In this document: positions 9,746-19,284 of the stretch, piece after piece
Numbering within the stretch: position 1 is the first letter of the stretch
How the letters are laid out: the number at the start of each line of letters is the position of its first letter
Origin: Myxococcota bacterium
Lineage (GTDB): Bacteria; Myxococcota_A; Bradymonadia; UBA7976; UBA1532
Reading direction: 5' to 3'
Assembly: GCA_036337435.1 (NCBI GenBank)
Contig: JAYZEG010000082.1
Span: 1-32,804 of the forward strand
DNA length: 32,804 nt
Position numbers and translations under genes: made by a program
Notes under the pieces: model-generated
What the model was told of the DNA's origin: nothing
The model's database searches: none
The model's input: only the letters and a program-made list of their open reading frames with translations

Positions 9746-10285
9746 TTACTCGACGATGAGTTGGCCCTTCATGAGCGCATAGTGTCCGGGGTATGAACAG
9801 ATAAAGGTGTACTTGCCCTTAGCTGGTGCGTCGAACTCAATGCTGGTGGAACCACCGCCGCCGATTAACGTTGTGTTTGCAATGATCTTGTCTGCTTCGC
9901 TCGCTGGGATGTAGTTGGTGGCCTTTGCGTTGATGGCCTTCGCGTTGAAGGCAGCAAGGTCAGTTCCGGGCTTCAAGAGCACGAAGTTATGACCCATCGC
10001 TGTGATTGGCAACTTACCCACGTGCTTCAGGTTCAATTTGATCTTACGACCCGCTTTTACCGTCACTTTCTGGGTATTGAAACGCATCTGGTCGTTGCCC
10101 GTCAGATTGATGGTCGCCGTCGTGCCGTCATCAACAACGATTTTTGGTGCTGCTTTTTTTGCGGGTGCCTTAGGCGGTGTTTTGGCTTTCGCGGTCGGCT
10201 TGGCAGCTGTCTTTGCAGGGGCTTCTTCCTTCTTTCCACAACCAACCACCATGAGCATGGCGACTAAAACAGAAAGCTTCTTCAT
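9746..10285 (-). CDS. azu: Lipid-anchored azurin (type-1 blue copper protein) with K/A/P-rich linker
   Basis: Lipobox VVGC; GNDQMRFN; MGHN and CSYPGHYALM give the His/Cys/His/Met copper ligands; AGGAG RBS. Confidence 0.92.
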   Translation of the reverse strand: MKKLSVLVAMLMVVGCGKKEEAPAKTAAKPTAKAKTPPKAPAKKAAPKIVVDDGTTATINLTGNDQMRFNTQKVTVKAGRKIKLNLKHVGKLPITAMGHNFVLLKPGTDLAAFNAKAINAKATNYIPASEADKIIANTTLIGGGGSTSIEFDAPAKGKYTFICSYPGHYALMKGQLIVE

Positions 10286-10666
10286 TGTGTCTCCTATCGA
10301 TGCCTTTTCAACATCGGTGTTTTCTTTTTATGGGCGATTGGCCCGGTTTTAAGACTCACCTAGAATTGGATAACATAGTCCGTACGACGTTAAAGATACC
10401 GGCAAGGCAAAGCCGTTACCCTCGGCTCCTGTTTCTGCCTGTATCGAGCATGGCAGCGTTCTGAGTCCATGGTTCATATCCAGCCACTTTAGCGTCGCTT
10501 GCGCAGTATAGGGTGCTCGATGTGCCATGAATAGATCTTATTGACACGCGTTCGAAATGATTGCCATGAATCGGTCTATGAGAGCTCTGTACCTGTCGGC
10601 AACGGCTAGACCGGGTGGTGGCAAACTGCTTTCAGCAATCGATGCCAAACACCGCCGAGGTAATTT

Positions 10667-12271
10667 TTAGGTCGTGTCGTTCCCGCGAGAGAGGAGCACA
10701 CCTGGGTTCAATGTCGAGTTTGGATCGAAGTGAGTCTGAAGCGCGCACAAGGCATTCATCCCGAGGTCACCTTTTTCGGATTTGAGGTACGGGGCATGAT
10801 CGCGCCCGATGCCGTGCTGATGGCTTATGGTGCCGCCACTGCGGACAACCGCCATCGACGCCGCTTTTTTTAACTTTTTCCAGTTTTGAATCGATTCGGC
10901 ATAGGTCGCGCCATTGGGGAAGATATAGGAGGTATAAATGGAGGCTCCCTGCGGATAGATATGAGACATATGGGTAAAGACATGGATTGGCAGTTCGGGG
11001 ACAGCCTCGCGTAGCGCATTTTCAATCTCGTTGACTGCCTCAGGCAAACGAGCCCAATCAACTGCGGTCTCAAGGGTATCGACGGCATAGCCTACATCCC
11101 AAAGCGTGTGCCTCAAATATGGAGACCGAAACCGACTGTGCTCCCATATCTTTCCCAGTCCCTTGCCCATGTGGATGACACCGAATTCTGCAAACAGGGC
11201 TTTTATTTGCTTCAAGGCATTGGCGCATTGTTGTCGGCTCCCCGTAATGCCGAATGTAATCATCGACTTCGATGTGTGTATGCCCCGAAGTCTGAGATAC
11301 TTTTCCAACCAGGCGATTTTCTTCGGCTGGCCCGCCAGCTGTAATTGCGTCTCTGTTTCTGTCTCGTTTGAGAGTCTAAGCATCGATAGCGGAATTCTGC
11401 GCTGGGCGGCGGCTCTGGCAAGCGCAATGGACGTGTTCCAGTCAGGTCCAAAAGCAACGTGGAAATGTTCCGCGGAGGCCTTCGGAGTGATGCGAACCTT
11501 CACCTCGCTGATAATGCCAAAACGACCCTCTGAACCAAGCACCATTTCCCGCAGATCAGGACCCGCCGACGAGGCCGGGAAGGTCGGGATCTCCAAGGGA
11601 CCATTAAAGGTCTCCAGCGTGCAGCCCGCAAAGAGTTGTTCGATTCGCCCATACCGCCAGGACTGCTGGCCACTGGAGCGTGTCGCGACCCAGCCTCCAA
11701 TGGTCGAGAGCTCAAAGGATTGGGGATAGTGGCCGAGGACGAATCCGTAGGCGTTTAGTTGTGACTCTACCTGGGGGCCACTCGCCCCGGGACCGAATGT
11801 CGCAATTTGGCTTACTCTGTCGATCTCGACCAGTTCATTCATTCTCGCCAAAGAGACTGTCAGAATGGGTTTGTCCTGATGATCTGGCGTCACATGACCC
11901 GCCACCGATGTTCCGCCGCCATAGGGAATCATGATCCAGCCCTGTTCGGCACCGAGTTTTAGAAGTGTTCTGATCTGTTCTTTGGACTCAGGAAATGCAA
12001 CCCCGTCGGTAAATATTCGAAACTGGCCACTGCGCATGGCCATCCAGTCAGGTAAACTTTGACCACGAGAATGCCTGATTCGCGCCTCTGCACTCCGATC
12101 GATCAAGGCGTTTTCGGGCAATCGGCTGGGTGGGACGGTATCAATGACGTCGGCCAGTGAGGCGTCCGGCAAGACGCGCCCTTCACCCAAGCGGGCTGTC
12201 AAAAAATCCAGTCCACCCTCAGGCATGGGATAATGGGTTCCATCATCGCCCCAGCCGTTCCATCGTCTCAT
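10667..12271 (-). CDS. FAD-linked oxidoreductase, alkyl-dihydroxyacetonephosphate synthase-like (VAO/PCMH family)
   Basis: MRRWNGWG, PYGGGTSV.G, GHYPQSFELSTIGGWVATRSSGQQS.RYG, GSEGRFGII, DTLETA, H.SH.Y..GASIY, GGTISHQHGIG, LNPG. Confidence 0.88.
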   Translation of the reverse strand: MRRWNGWGDDGTHYPMPEGGLDFLTARLGEGRVLPDASLADVIDTVPPSRLPENALIDRSAEARIRHSRGQSLPDWMAMRSGQFRIFTDGVAFPESKEQIRTLLKLGAEQGWIMIPYGGGTSVAGHVTPDHQDKPILTVSLARMNELVEIDRVSQIATFGPGASGPQVESQLNAYGFVLGHYPQSFELSTIGGWVATRSSGQQSWRYGRIEQLFAGCTLETFNGPLEIPTFPASSAGPDLREMVLGSEGRFGIISEVKVRITPKASAEHFHVAFGPDWNTSIALARAAAQRRIPLSMLRLSNETETETQLQLAGQPKKIAWLEKYLRLRGIHTSKSMITFGITGSRQQCANALKQIKALFAEFGVIHMGKGLGKIWEHSRFRSPYLRHTLWDVGYAVDTLETAVDWARLPEAVNEIENALREAVPELPIHVFTHMSHIYPQGASIYTSYIFPNGATYAESIQNWKKLKKAASMAVVRSGGTISHQHGIGRDHAPYLKSEKGDLGMNALCALQTHFDPNSTLNPGVLLSRGNDTT

Positions 12272-12309
12272 GCTTCGTTCCCTCCATCGAGAGTGGTCTC
12301 GGCTTTGAC

Positions 12310-13086
12310 CTATTCCGGTGTGACGTAAGCAGCTGTAATTCCACCGTCAACGAGGAAGTCGGTCCCGGTGACATAGCTTGAATCATCGCTGGCCAGAAAA
12401 AGAGCCGCTTTGGCCATTTCTTCCGCAAGACCAAAACGGCCCATTGGGATGTGAACAAGACGCCTCTGTTTTTTTGCATCCGTATCCAAAAAGTCCATCA
12501 AGAGTTTTGTGTGTAACGGGCCTGGGCACAGGGCATTGCATCGAATATTTTCGCGCGCGTGGATCACAGCAAGCTCCCGTGTCATAGCCAGGACGCCACC
12601 CTTGCTCGCTGTGTACGCCAGTTGAGGCGTTGCTGCGCCCAAGATCGCGACGAACGAAGCCGTATTGATGATGGAGCCTCCGCCCCGACGCTGCATGGCT
12701 GGGATGCCATACTTGCAACCCAAGTAAACGCCCTTTAGATTGATGTTCATTGTCAGATCCCAAATTTCCTCTGACGTCTGCATGGCGTTTCCATCATCTC
12801 CGTGCATGATGCCTGCGTTGTTAAACAGGATATCCAAGCCGCCAAATTCTGCTTCTGCACGTGCAACCATTGCTTTGCAATGGCTGGCCTGAGCAACATC
12901 AGCCGTCATGTAAACAGCATCCGATGAATGGAGCTTGACCATGTCCAGTGTTTCCTGCCCCCCATGATCATTCACGTCGGTGATGACAATTTGAGCACCC
13001 TCTTTCGCGAATTGAATCGCGGTCTGTCGGCCGATCCCACCGGCCGCGCCCGTAATCAATGCAACTTTTCCCTGCAGTCGACTCAT
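12310..13086 (-). CDS. Classical short-chain dehydrogenase/reductase, probably NAD(H)-preferring
   Basis: TGAAGGIG, Asp after beta-2 (ITDV), NNAG, catalytic YTASK, VDGG; 38 bp upstream of the AGPS-like gene on the same strand. Confidence 0.93.
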   Translation of the reverse strand: MSRLQGKVALITGAAGGIGRQTAIQFAKEGAQIVITDVNDHGGQETLDMVKLHSSDAVYMTADVAQASHCKAMVARAEAEFGGLDILFNNAGIMHGDDGNAMQTSEEIWDLTMNINLKGVYLGCKYGIPAMQRRGGGSIINTASFVAILGAATPQLAYTASKGGVLAMTRELAVIHARENIRCNALCPGPLHTKLLMDFLDTDAKKQRRLVHIPMGRFGLAEEMAKAALFLASDDSSYVTGTDFLVDGGITAAYVTPE

Positions 13087-13517
13087 GCTGATTGCCCTTT
13101 CTTTTTTATGCCCGCCAAAGTTCGATGGAGCGAGTTCATTGATTCAATGTTTATTGGAATTCCTCTGATTGTAAAGGCATCCACTGGGGTTACAATCATC
13201 GTCCGTTGAATTTAGGTCAAGGAGCGAAGCGGCCTCTGCCCTAATTTTGTTGTCTTAGAAGACTCGACAGGGGTCTTTCATGGTTTGAATGACACTTAAG
13301 TCGCATGCGATTCAATGGAATTGGAGTGAGTGTGAAGCAGCCATGGCGAAATGGCTTGGATCGGTTCCGGTATGGTGTTGCCAGCAGAAAAATGCTTGCC
13401 AAAAAAACAGGGTCATTCCTATGTTTGATGGCTTTAAGGCGGTGTTAGGTTCCGAGTCGAGCAATGGGTGTCGAGATTGGGTACGGTCTCGCTCCGTTTT
13501 TGAAATTGGAGGGTTGA

Positions 13518-14702
13518 ATGCGTTTATGCAGCAGTTGCAAATGGAAGCAGACATCGGACCGGCTGAAACGATGGAGCATCATTGCGTCGGTCCTGATGAT
13601 TCAGCTCTGGCTTTCTAGCTGTCAGTCTGACGATAGCCCCAAAGCACAATCACAATTGCAGAGATATTACGACACTCTCATCGCTGATGTCGCAACTTGG
13701 GGCTACAGCGGGGGCGAATGGACGGAAGACTTTGGTGACGGTGCTGCTTTTGGAGCCATGTATTTCGCTAATGTCGCGGCGACTGATGGTGGGGACCAGG
13801 CCCTTGCCTATGCGACCGAGACCCGTAGCTATAATTTATCGGTTGTTAAGCAGGCCGGGGCTGACCTCGGCTGGGCACTGGAGAATCTCGAAGAAGTGTT
13901 CATGGCGTCCCAAGGTTTGCTTGAATATGCGGGTCTATTCGAGGACGAGGAAGCTGTGCAGGCGTTGGACGTGCTGATCGACAACGTAATGGATCCTGTT
14001 GTGATTGGATTTGGCAACTACGTTGACGCGAGTCTAGGCGATTTTGCTGCCGACCTATACGGTCCCACGTCAATCACTGCGGGCCTCGTCGTGATTTACA
14101 CTCAGTATGCCCTTCGCCTGCAAACCCCTCAACGAACAAAACGAATCGAGCGGGCCGTTGAAATTCTCGACGTCATACATGAGCAGGCTTGGGATGACGA
14201 GGGCAGCCGCTACGTGTTCCGCCCTGGCACCGAACGGCTGTTTCTCTACCCAAACGGAACCATGTTGATCGCGCTCAACCGTGTATATCAGCTGACAGGT
14301 CAAGCTCGTTTTCTGGAGAGAGCAAAAGCGACCTTCAACGGAATTCAGCCGCTCAGGAAGGAAACGGGCTATTACCAAAGTCCCTACAGCCAGGAATATC
14401 AAGGCGCAATGACCGATGAATACGGAACCCTGTCGGCCCAGAACTATCTGACGATCGGGTTGATGCTGATGCATCAAAATACAGGGGATACAGCTTATCT
14501 CACAGAGGCGTTGACGCTCATTAGTTTTGTCCAACAGCATCTGTACGATGCCGCGGAGAGAAAACTGCTGCATCACTGGATAGATGGGCGAGCGGCTCTT
14601 GAGACAGACCCTGACTACTTCTGTAGTGGATGCAATCTCCAAGTCTTGTACATCATCTGGTATCTCCAAAACGAAATTGGCTACGACCTAAACAGCGCTT
14701 GA
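13518..14702 (+). CDS. Putative lipoprotein with (alpha/alpha)6-barrel fold (six-hairpin glycosidase/GH76/AGE-like); start uncertain
   Basis: Hydrophobic stretch ending in LSSC; repeated helix-hairpin motifs LNRVYQLTGQARFLERAK and LMHQNTGDTAYLTEA; acidic and aromatic composition. Confidence 0.6.
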   Translation: MRLCSSCKWKQTSDRLKRWSIIASVLMIQLWLSSCQSDDSPKAQSQLQRYYDTLIADVATWGYSGGEWTEDFGDGAAFGAMYFANVAATDGGDQALAYATETRSYNLSVVKQAGADLGWALENLEEVFMASQGLLEYAGLFEDEEAVQALDVLIDNVMDPVVIGFGNYVDASLGDFAADLYGPTSITAGLVVIYTQYALRLQTPQRTKRIERAVEILDVIHEQAWDDEGSRYVFRPGTERLFLYPNGTMLIALNRVYQLTGQARFLERAKATFNGIQPLRKETGYYQSPYSQEYQGAMTDEYGTLSAQNYLTIGLMLMHQNTGDTAYLTEALTLISFVQQHLYDAAERKLLHHWIDGRAALETDPDYFCSGCNLQVLYIIWYLQNEIGYDLNSA

Positions 14703-15110
14703 TGTCGCGACGCACAGACTGTCGAGCTGCGGGTCTTCATGTTCGTGTATGGGCTGCTGGATTGGCGAGCCGAAAGCACGCATGTGCCTGGTTGGCTTGC
14801 TGCCGCGTTAGACACTTCAACTGATTAAGCGTGCTGCTGAAGCATGTTTGGGTCCAAGCGGCTTTGGTGCATTCATTTCTCACCCACTCTCCCGTGCATG
14901 ACCGGCGCGTCTGGTCCTTCGTCCACGACGGACCCTCACTGTCGGTCGTCGACCGACCAGCAGAAACTGAGCGGAACGCTCGGGCCAAAAGAATTCGGGC
15001 GAGGCGCGAACGGCCATCGGCTCGAATCGTATCGCGGCGTAACCGAGCCAGCGTTTGGAAGCAGACCATTCAGTCTGATGAGCCTCAATCGTCTGTTACT
15101 GGAGAACCCT

Positions 15111-15740
15111 TTAAACAGGGTCAGGCACCGTGCGTAAATAAGGTTTTATCGTTTCGAATTCCGTAAACAATTCGGTGGCAGCTTCATCTGAGAGCGACGG
15201 TACAATGATCACGTCATCACCCGGCACCCAATTGGCAGGTGTCGCAACCTTGTTTAAGCTCGTCCTCTGCAAGCTATCGACGACTCTCAAGATTTCATTA
15301 AAGTTCCGACCGGTTGAGGCAGGATAGGTCAAGGTGAGCTTTACCTTTTTATCAGGGCCGATAATGAAAACGCTGCGTACTGTGCCGGTCGTGTCGGCAT
15401 TCGGATGAAGCATGTCATAAGTCAGTGCGACTTCACGATTTGGGTCAGCGATGAGCGGGAAGTTGAGTGCGTTTCCCGTGACGTCCTCAATATCGCTTTT
15501 CCATCCGTTGTGGTCTTCAATGGGATCGATGCTTAACCCGACCACTTTGACGTTTCGGGCATCGAATTCATCTTTGAGTCCCGCAACCGCACCGAGTTCG
15601 GTTGTGCAAACGGGTGTGTAGTCTCTTGGGTGACTGAACAAAATCCCCCAACTATCACCGAGATATTCGTAGAAATTAATGGTCCCAGACGTGGTGTCTG
15701 CTGTGAAATCTGGTGCTGTGTCTCCGAGTCGTATACTCAT
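15111..15740 (-). CDS. 1-Cys peroxiredoxin (Prx6 subfamily)
   Basis: FSHPRDYTPVCTTE active site, YPASTGRNF, ATPANW; start moved to ATG 15740 (MSIRLGD) behind an AGGAG RBS. Confidence 0.95.
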   Translation of the reverse strand: MSIRLGDTAPDFTADTTSGTINFYEYLGDSWGILFSHPRDYTPVCTTELGAVAGLKDEFDARNVKVVGLSIDPIEDHNGWKSDIEDVTGNALNFPLIADPNREVALTYDMLHPNADTTGTVRSVFIIGPDKKVKLTLTYPASTGRNFNEILRVVDSLQRTSLNKVATPANWVPGDDVIIVPSLSDEAATELFTEFETIKPYLRTVPDPV

Positions 15741-15846
15741 TTTTGCGTCTCCTGTCTTCATGATAGGCGCGTAGGGCCCTGAATGACGCCGTGTCACTCG
15801 GGCAACATGGCCTAAACTCAACACCCTCGATCACTAACGAAAAGGA

Positions 15847-15925
15847 TATTAAAAAGATATACTTAAATATAAAATTAGAAATAGGTCATTAAAGTTGTAT
15901 ATTTAAAACATGCATCTTTTTGATA
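15847..15925. promoter_or_regulatory. Very AT-rich divergent promoter segment with imperfect inverted repeat
   Basis: TATTAAAAAGAT (15847-15858) and ATCTTTTTGATA (15914-15925) match 11/12; TTAAATATA (15863-15871) and TATATTTAA (15898-15906) match perfectly. Confidence 0.45.
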
Positions 15926-16114
15926 GGTTTATTCTCATTCTGCCTTTAGGTCGTGAAATGTCTCTGTCGGCACACATCTCAGTTCTCGTTTTGCCTCCAA
16001 GGGTCTTTTCGCGGAGAGAATCAACCATGAATCGACATTTAATTTTCTGGTGGACGTACTTTGAGCATGGCATTAAGAGTCAGTTGACGTATAAGCCACG
16101 ATGGGGACGGTAGC

Positions 16115-16798
16115 GTGAATATATCAGCCACAGTTTGCTTAATTCAGCCGCTGACTGAGCACGTATTTGAATTGTACCTACAGCCCGAACGAGAGATTCA
16201 GTATCAACCAGGCCAGTGGGTTTCTATAAAGATACCGATTGAATCGAGACGCCCCATGAAACGAGTCTATTCCATGGCAGGCCCGATGCGGTCCGACGGC
16301 AAGATTCATTTGGTTTTCGATGTGGTTCCAGGTGGGATTGGCACAGGATACCTATCGTCACTCCAGCCGGATGACCGGGTAGAGATTGTCAACTCCATGG
16401 GCAATTTCGTTTTGGATGAATTGAGGCCCAAGAATTTGGTCTTTTTCGCGCGCTATACCGGCCTTATCCCCATATTGGCCATGTTGAAAGCTCTTGAAGC
16501 AGAGAAATATCGTGGTCGAGTATCGCTGTACTATAGCAGTCCGTGTGCATCTGAGGTGCTCTTTCGTGAGACCTTAACTGGCCTTGACTTGGACATGCAT
16601 TGCGAATTCATTCTCCTCGACGAGCATTCATCTGACCTGCCCGAATTGTCCACGCTTACCCAAGTTTTGAGCGATGCATCTTCAGATTCAACGCAAGTCT
16701 ACATTTGCGGGGTCGGCCAGATGGTCAAACCGCTTCGCAAACATGTGCTCGATTTGGGCTGGCCGCGTGGGACATGGAAAACTGAGCGCTATAATTAG
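16115..16798 (+). CDS. FNR-superfamily FAD/NAD(P)-binding oxidoreductase (no Fe-S domain)
   Basis: YQPGQW, RVYS (FAD), GGIGTGYL, MGNF, ARYTGLIP (variant of GTGIAP), YICG, C-terminal ERYN. Confidence 0.82.
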   Translation: MNISATVCLIQPLTEHVFELYLQPEREIQYQPGQWVSIKIPIESRRPMKRVYSMAGPMRSDGKIHLVFDVVPGGIGTGYLSSLQPDDRVEIVNSMGNFVLDELRPKNLVFFARYTGLIPILAMLKALEAEKYRGRVSLYYSSPCASEVLFRETLTGLDLDMHCEFILLDEHSSDLPELSTLTQVLSDASSDSTQVYICGVGQMVKPLRKHVLDLGWPRGTWKTERYN

Positions 16799-17116
16799 GT
16801 CGCTCGTTTCATCGGTCAGCGTTCATCTGCCAGGATAAGTGCCCATTTTTTTCTCTGATTGGATCTTACGGGCAACACCCAGCGGGCTCATTCGGTGTCA
16901 TTTTTCTCTCCGCGAAAATGTTTTTTTTAATTATTTTAAGAAATTTTCCGATTCTATTTAGTTAATGGTTATGGGGGGTTAGATCATTGGGTGTACGATA
17001 TTTGGGGACAATGTGATCCAATATAGGGAAATGTAGGATAAATTTGCATTGATTAATGAGATCCGCCCGTGCTAATCATTTTTCACAAGCTGCTAACTAC
17101 AGGTGGGATAAAGGAA

Positions 17117-17650
17117 ATGCTTAACAGTGGACTCAATGTAAAGGATGCGGGCAGTCCTGGCCAAGAGTTGCCGCATTCCTATCGTCGGACCAATACGCCG
17201 GAACGGAAACGGCCCGGCAAAAAAGGACGACGCCGTTCTAGAACAATTGCGACAAGGCGTTTGAGTAGAGAAGAGCTCGAACTGGCCGAGGAACTCAGCA
17301 CAGTAGAGGTGAACCGGCCGGTGATGCGTGATGTCTGCGCGTCAGCGGTGAGGCCATGCCCTTATGTTTCGTGCAAACACCACTTGTATTTGGATGTTAA
17401 TCCGGACACCGGCTCAATTAAGTTGAACTTTCCAGACTTGGAGGTTTGGGAAATGCGAGAGACCTGTGCGTTGGATGTTGCTGACCGTGGTGGTATCACA
17501 CTGGAAGAGGTCGGTGAAATTCTGAATCTGACTCGAGAACGAATTCGCCAGGTCGAGGTAAAGGGGCTCCAAAAACTAAGGGCAACCGCTGAGAGTCTCG
17601 GCTTGAAAGACTTCTTGAATTTCATTGATGCGCAGGTTCCCATCGACTAA
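17117..17650 (+). CDS. Small protein: basic N-terminus, Cys/His-rich putative metal-binding domain and sigma70 region 4 HTH
   Basis: [28 protein letters not shown] closely matches RpoD region 4.2; upstream C-x6-C-x4-C-x-HH...ETC; no region 2 or 3; ATG 17117 follows AAGGA. Confidence 0.88.
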   Translation: MLNSGLNVKDAGSPGQELPHSYRRTNTPERKRPGKKGRRRSRTIATRRLSREELELAEELSTVEVNRPVMRDVCASAVRPCPYVSCKHHLYLDVNPDTGSIKLNFPDLEVWEMRETCALDVADRGGITLEEVGEILNLTRERIRQVEVKGLQKLRATAESLGLKDFLNFIDAQVPID

Positions 17651-17760
17651 ATCGGGCCGAGTTTATGGCTGGCCCTCGGGGCGCATCGCTTCAGGGGACT
17701 GAGTCGATGCGTTCGTCTGTCAAATATTTTTGTTTCGTATCCAATGGTTGTTTCTGCAGT

Positions 17761-18873
17761 TCAGGTTTGAGTCGAACGGCTTGGGAGTGGTGTTGCCTCG
17801 TTGACGAAGGCGATGATTTCCTTGGCTCTGTCGAGCGTAGCACCGGAGCCAAGAATCGCATTGGCCGAGTTAATGCAGCGTCGATCGGCGCGGGTCAATT
17901 TTCCATTGAGACAACATGCGACGGTGAGCACGTCGAGCACAGTCCGTTGCTCTTCCTTCGAACATTTCTTTAGCGATTCATGGAAATCTTTTTTGACGAG
18001 TTCGTTCTCGCATAAATCAGTCTCCGCCGTAAATTTTTCTAGAAAAAGAACGACGTTCGGGTGGAATTCACCACTGCTATGAACAGCTTCGCCCAAAGCA
18101 AGAAAACATGTGTACTGCCCGTGTCGAGACATGGATGAAAGGTCTTTTAGAATCTTGGGGTATATAGACTCTACAATTGCTTGCCCTAGGGCTCTGGTTC
18201 TTGTCTCGGCCATGATCCAACGTGTAATAAGCATGTTCCAAAAGGCGAAAACGGGCACGGCAACTAATTCGACAAAGTAGCGAGATGCGGCGCGTCCAAA
18301 AATTCTTTTTAGCAGTGCTTTCAGCAGGAAATTAGTGACCGCAATCTTGGCCTTGTATGCAATGGTTTTCAAAAATACGCGCAGTTTCGATTTACGGCTG
18401 AGTGGATTAATCCCGAACAGTGGTTCGACTGGTTCAGACAATTCGAGAGCCGAGCGAACGAGGATTAAATCCATCGTGCGTTCCTGAGTTTGGCAGTTGA
18501 GTTCACAGCGTTGAGCGATTCGGTTAATGCGCACTGCCGCGTAGAGTCCGTCCCAATATAAATAGGCAATTTCGAGTGCAGTGGCGACCAGAGTGACCGA
18601 GAACACAATCGCCAAATAGGGGAGTTGCTCAGTCAGCGATGGCTCTCCACTGGGCATTAATGGGTCTGCGAAATAGGCAGCTATAGCCCCCGATAAGCCT
18701 GATAACGCACCGGCAATCGCGGCGTTTCGAATCGTCCGGCGTTCGACCTGATTGATTTGGCTGTGGCACGCTCTTAGATCGATAAGGGGTTCGTCGTCGC
18801 AAGCGATCCGCTCATCGCATTTGCGGTACCGCTCCAAGGCCCACTTCTCGAGAATACTGAGGTCTTGCGACAT
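17761..18873 (-). CDS. Conserved hypothetical membrane protein with possible TerB-like C-terminus (resembles the LBF_2804-type family, from memory)
   Basis: 370-aa ORF; hydrophobic helices AAIAGALSG, YLAIVFSVTLVATALEIAYLYW and VAVPVFAFWN; C-terminal VACCLNGKLTRADRR helix motif. Confidence 0.65.
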   Translation of the reverse strand: MSQDLSILEKWALERYRKCDERIACDDEPLIDLRACHSQINQVERRTIRNAAIAGALSGLSGAIAAYFADPLMPSGEPSLTEQLPYLAIVFSVTLVATALEIAYLYWDGLYAAVRINRIAQRCELNCQTQERTMDLILVRSALELSEPVEPLFGINPLSRKSKLRVFLKTIAYKAKIAVTNFLLKALLKRIFGRAASRYFVELVAVPVFAFWNMLITRWIMAETRTRALGQAIVESIYPKILKDLSSMSRHGQYTCFLALGEAVHSSGEFHPNVVLFLEKFTAETDLCENELVKKDFHESLKKCSKEEQRTVLDVLTVACCLNGKLTRADRRCINSANAILGSGATLDRAKEIIAFVNEATPLPSRSTQT

Positions 18874-19284
18874 GGGTCGTGCTTACCTTCTTAAGATAAA
18901 ACAGCTTTACGATCTGTTTTGATCGCGCTCGATCTAGTGAGAGTGTCACCTAATCACACGAACAGCGTCAACCTTATCATCAACGTTTGACTCTCTGGTT
19001 CGACTAACAGTTATCGCTGTGAAGAGTATCTTTTGATGAGGTTGTGCTCGAGTGGGGGCGTGGCTGAATTCCATGACCAACACGCGGATTGGTCTTTGGC
19101 TGAATGTGGGGGGGAAGTCAAAAGTCTTGTCAAAAGCACACGGCCCTTTTTATTCTGCGAGTCGCTCACGGTGGTCGCCGACTCTCATGGAGGCTGTGAA
19201 GCCCAGCGTGGCGAGCGATATCGGTCATGCCTATGGATGCATCACGTGGTCCATCGGTTTGTATGTACACTCGAGGTAGGATTC

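Noticed and set aside
14703..15110. Small ORFs in the gap between convergent genes (also 13289..13618 and 25749..25973)
   Set aside because: Overlapping ORFs on both strands with atypical composition, no clear RBS and no motifs; none can be supported.
17069..17650. Complete sigma factor or rpoD pseudogene
   Set aside because: No region 2 or 3 sequence; the ORF is intact with its own RBS and a distinct Cys-rich domain.
19033..19284. N-terminal extension of the FNR (similarly 15741..15824 for Prx and 31711..31800 for the giant lipoprotein)
   Set aside because: Downstream ATGs have good RBSs and coincide with family starts or signal peptides; the extensions look non-coding.
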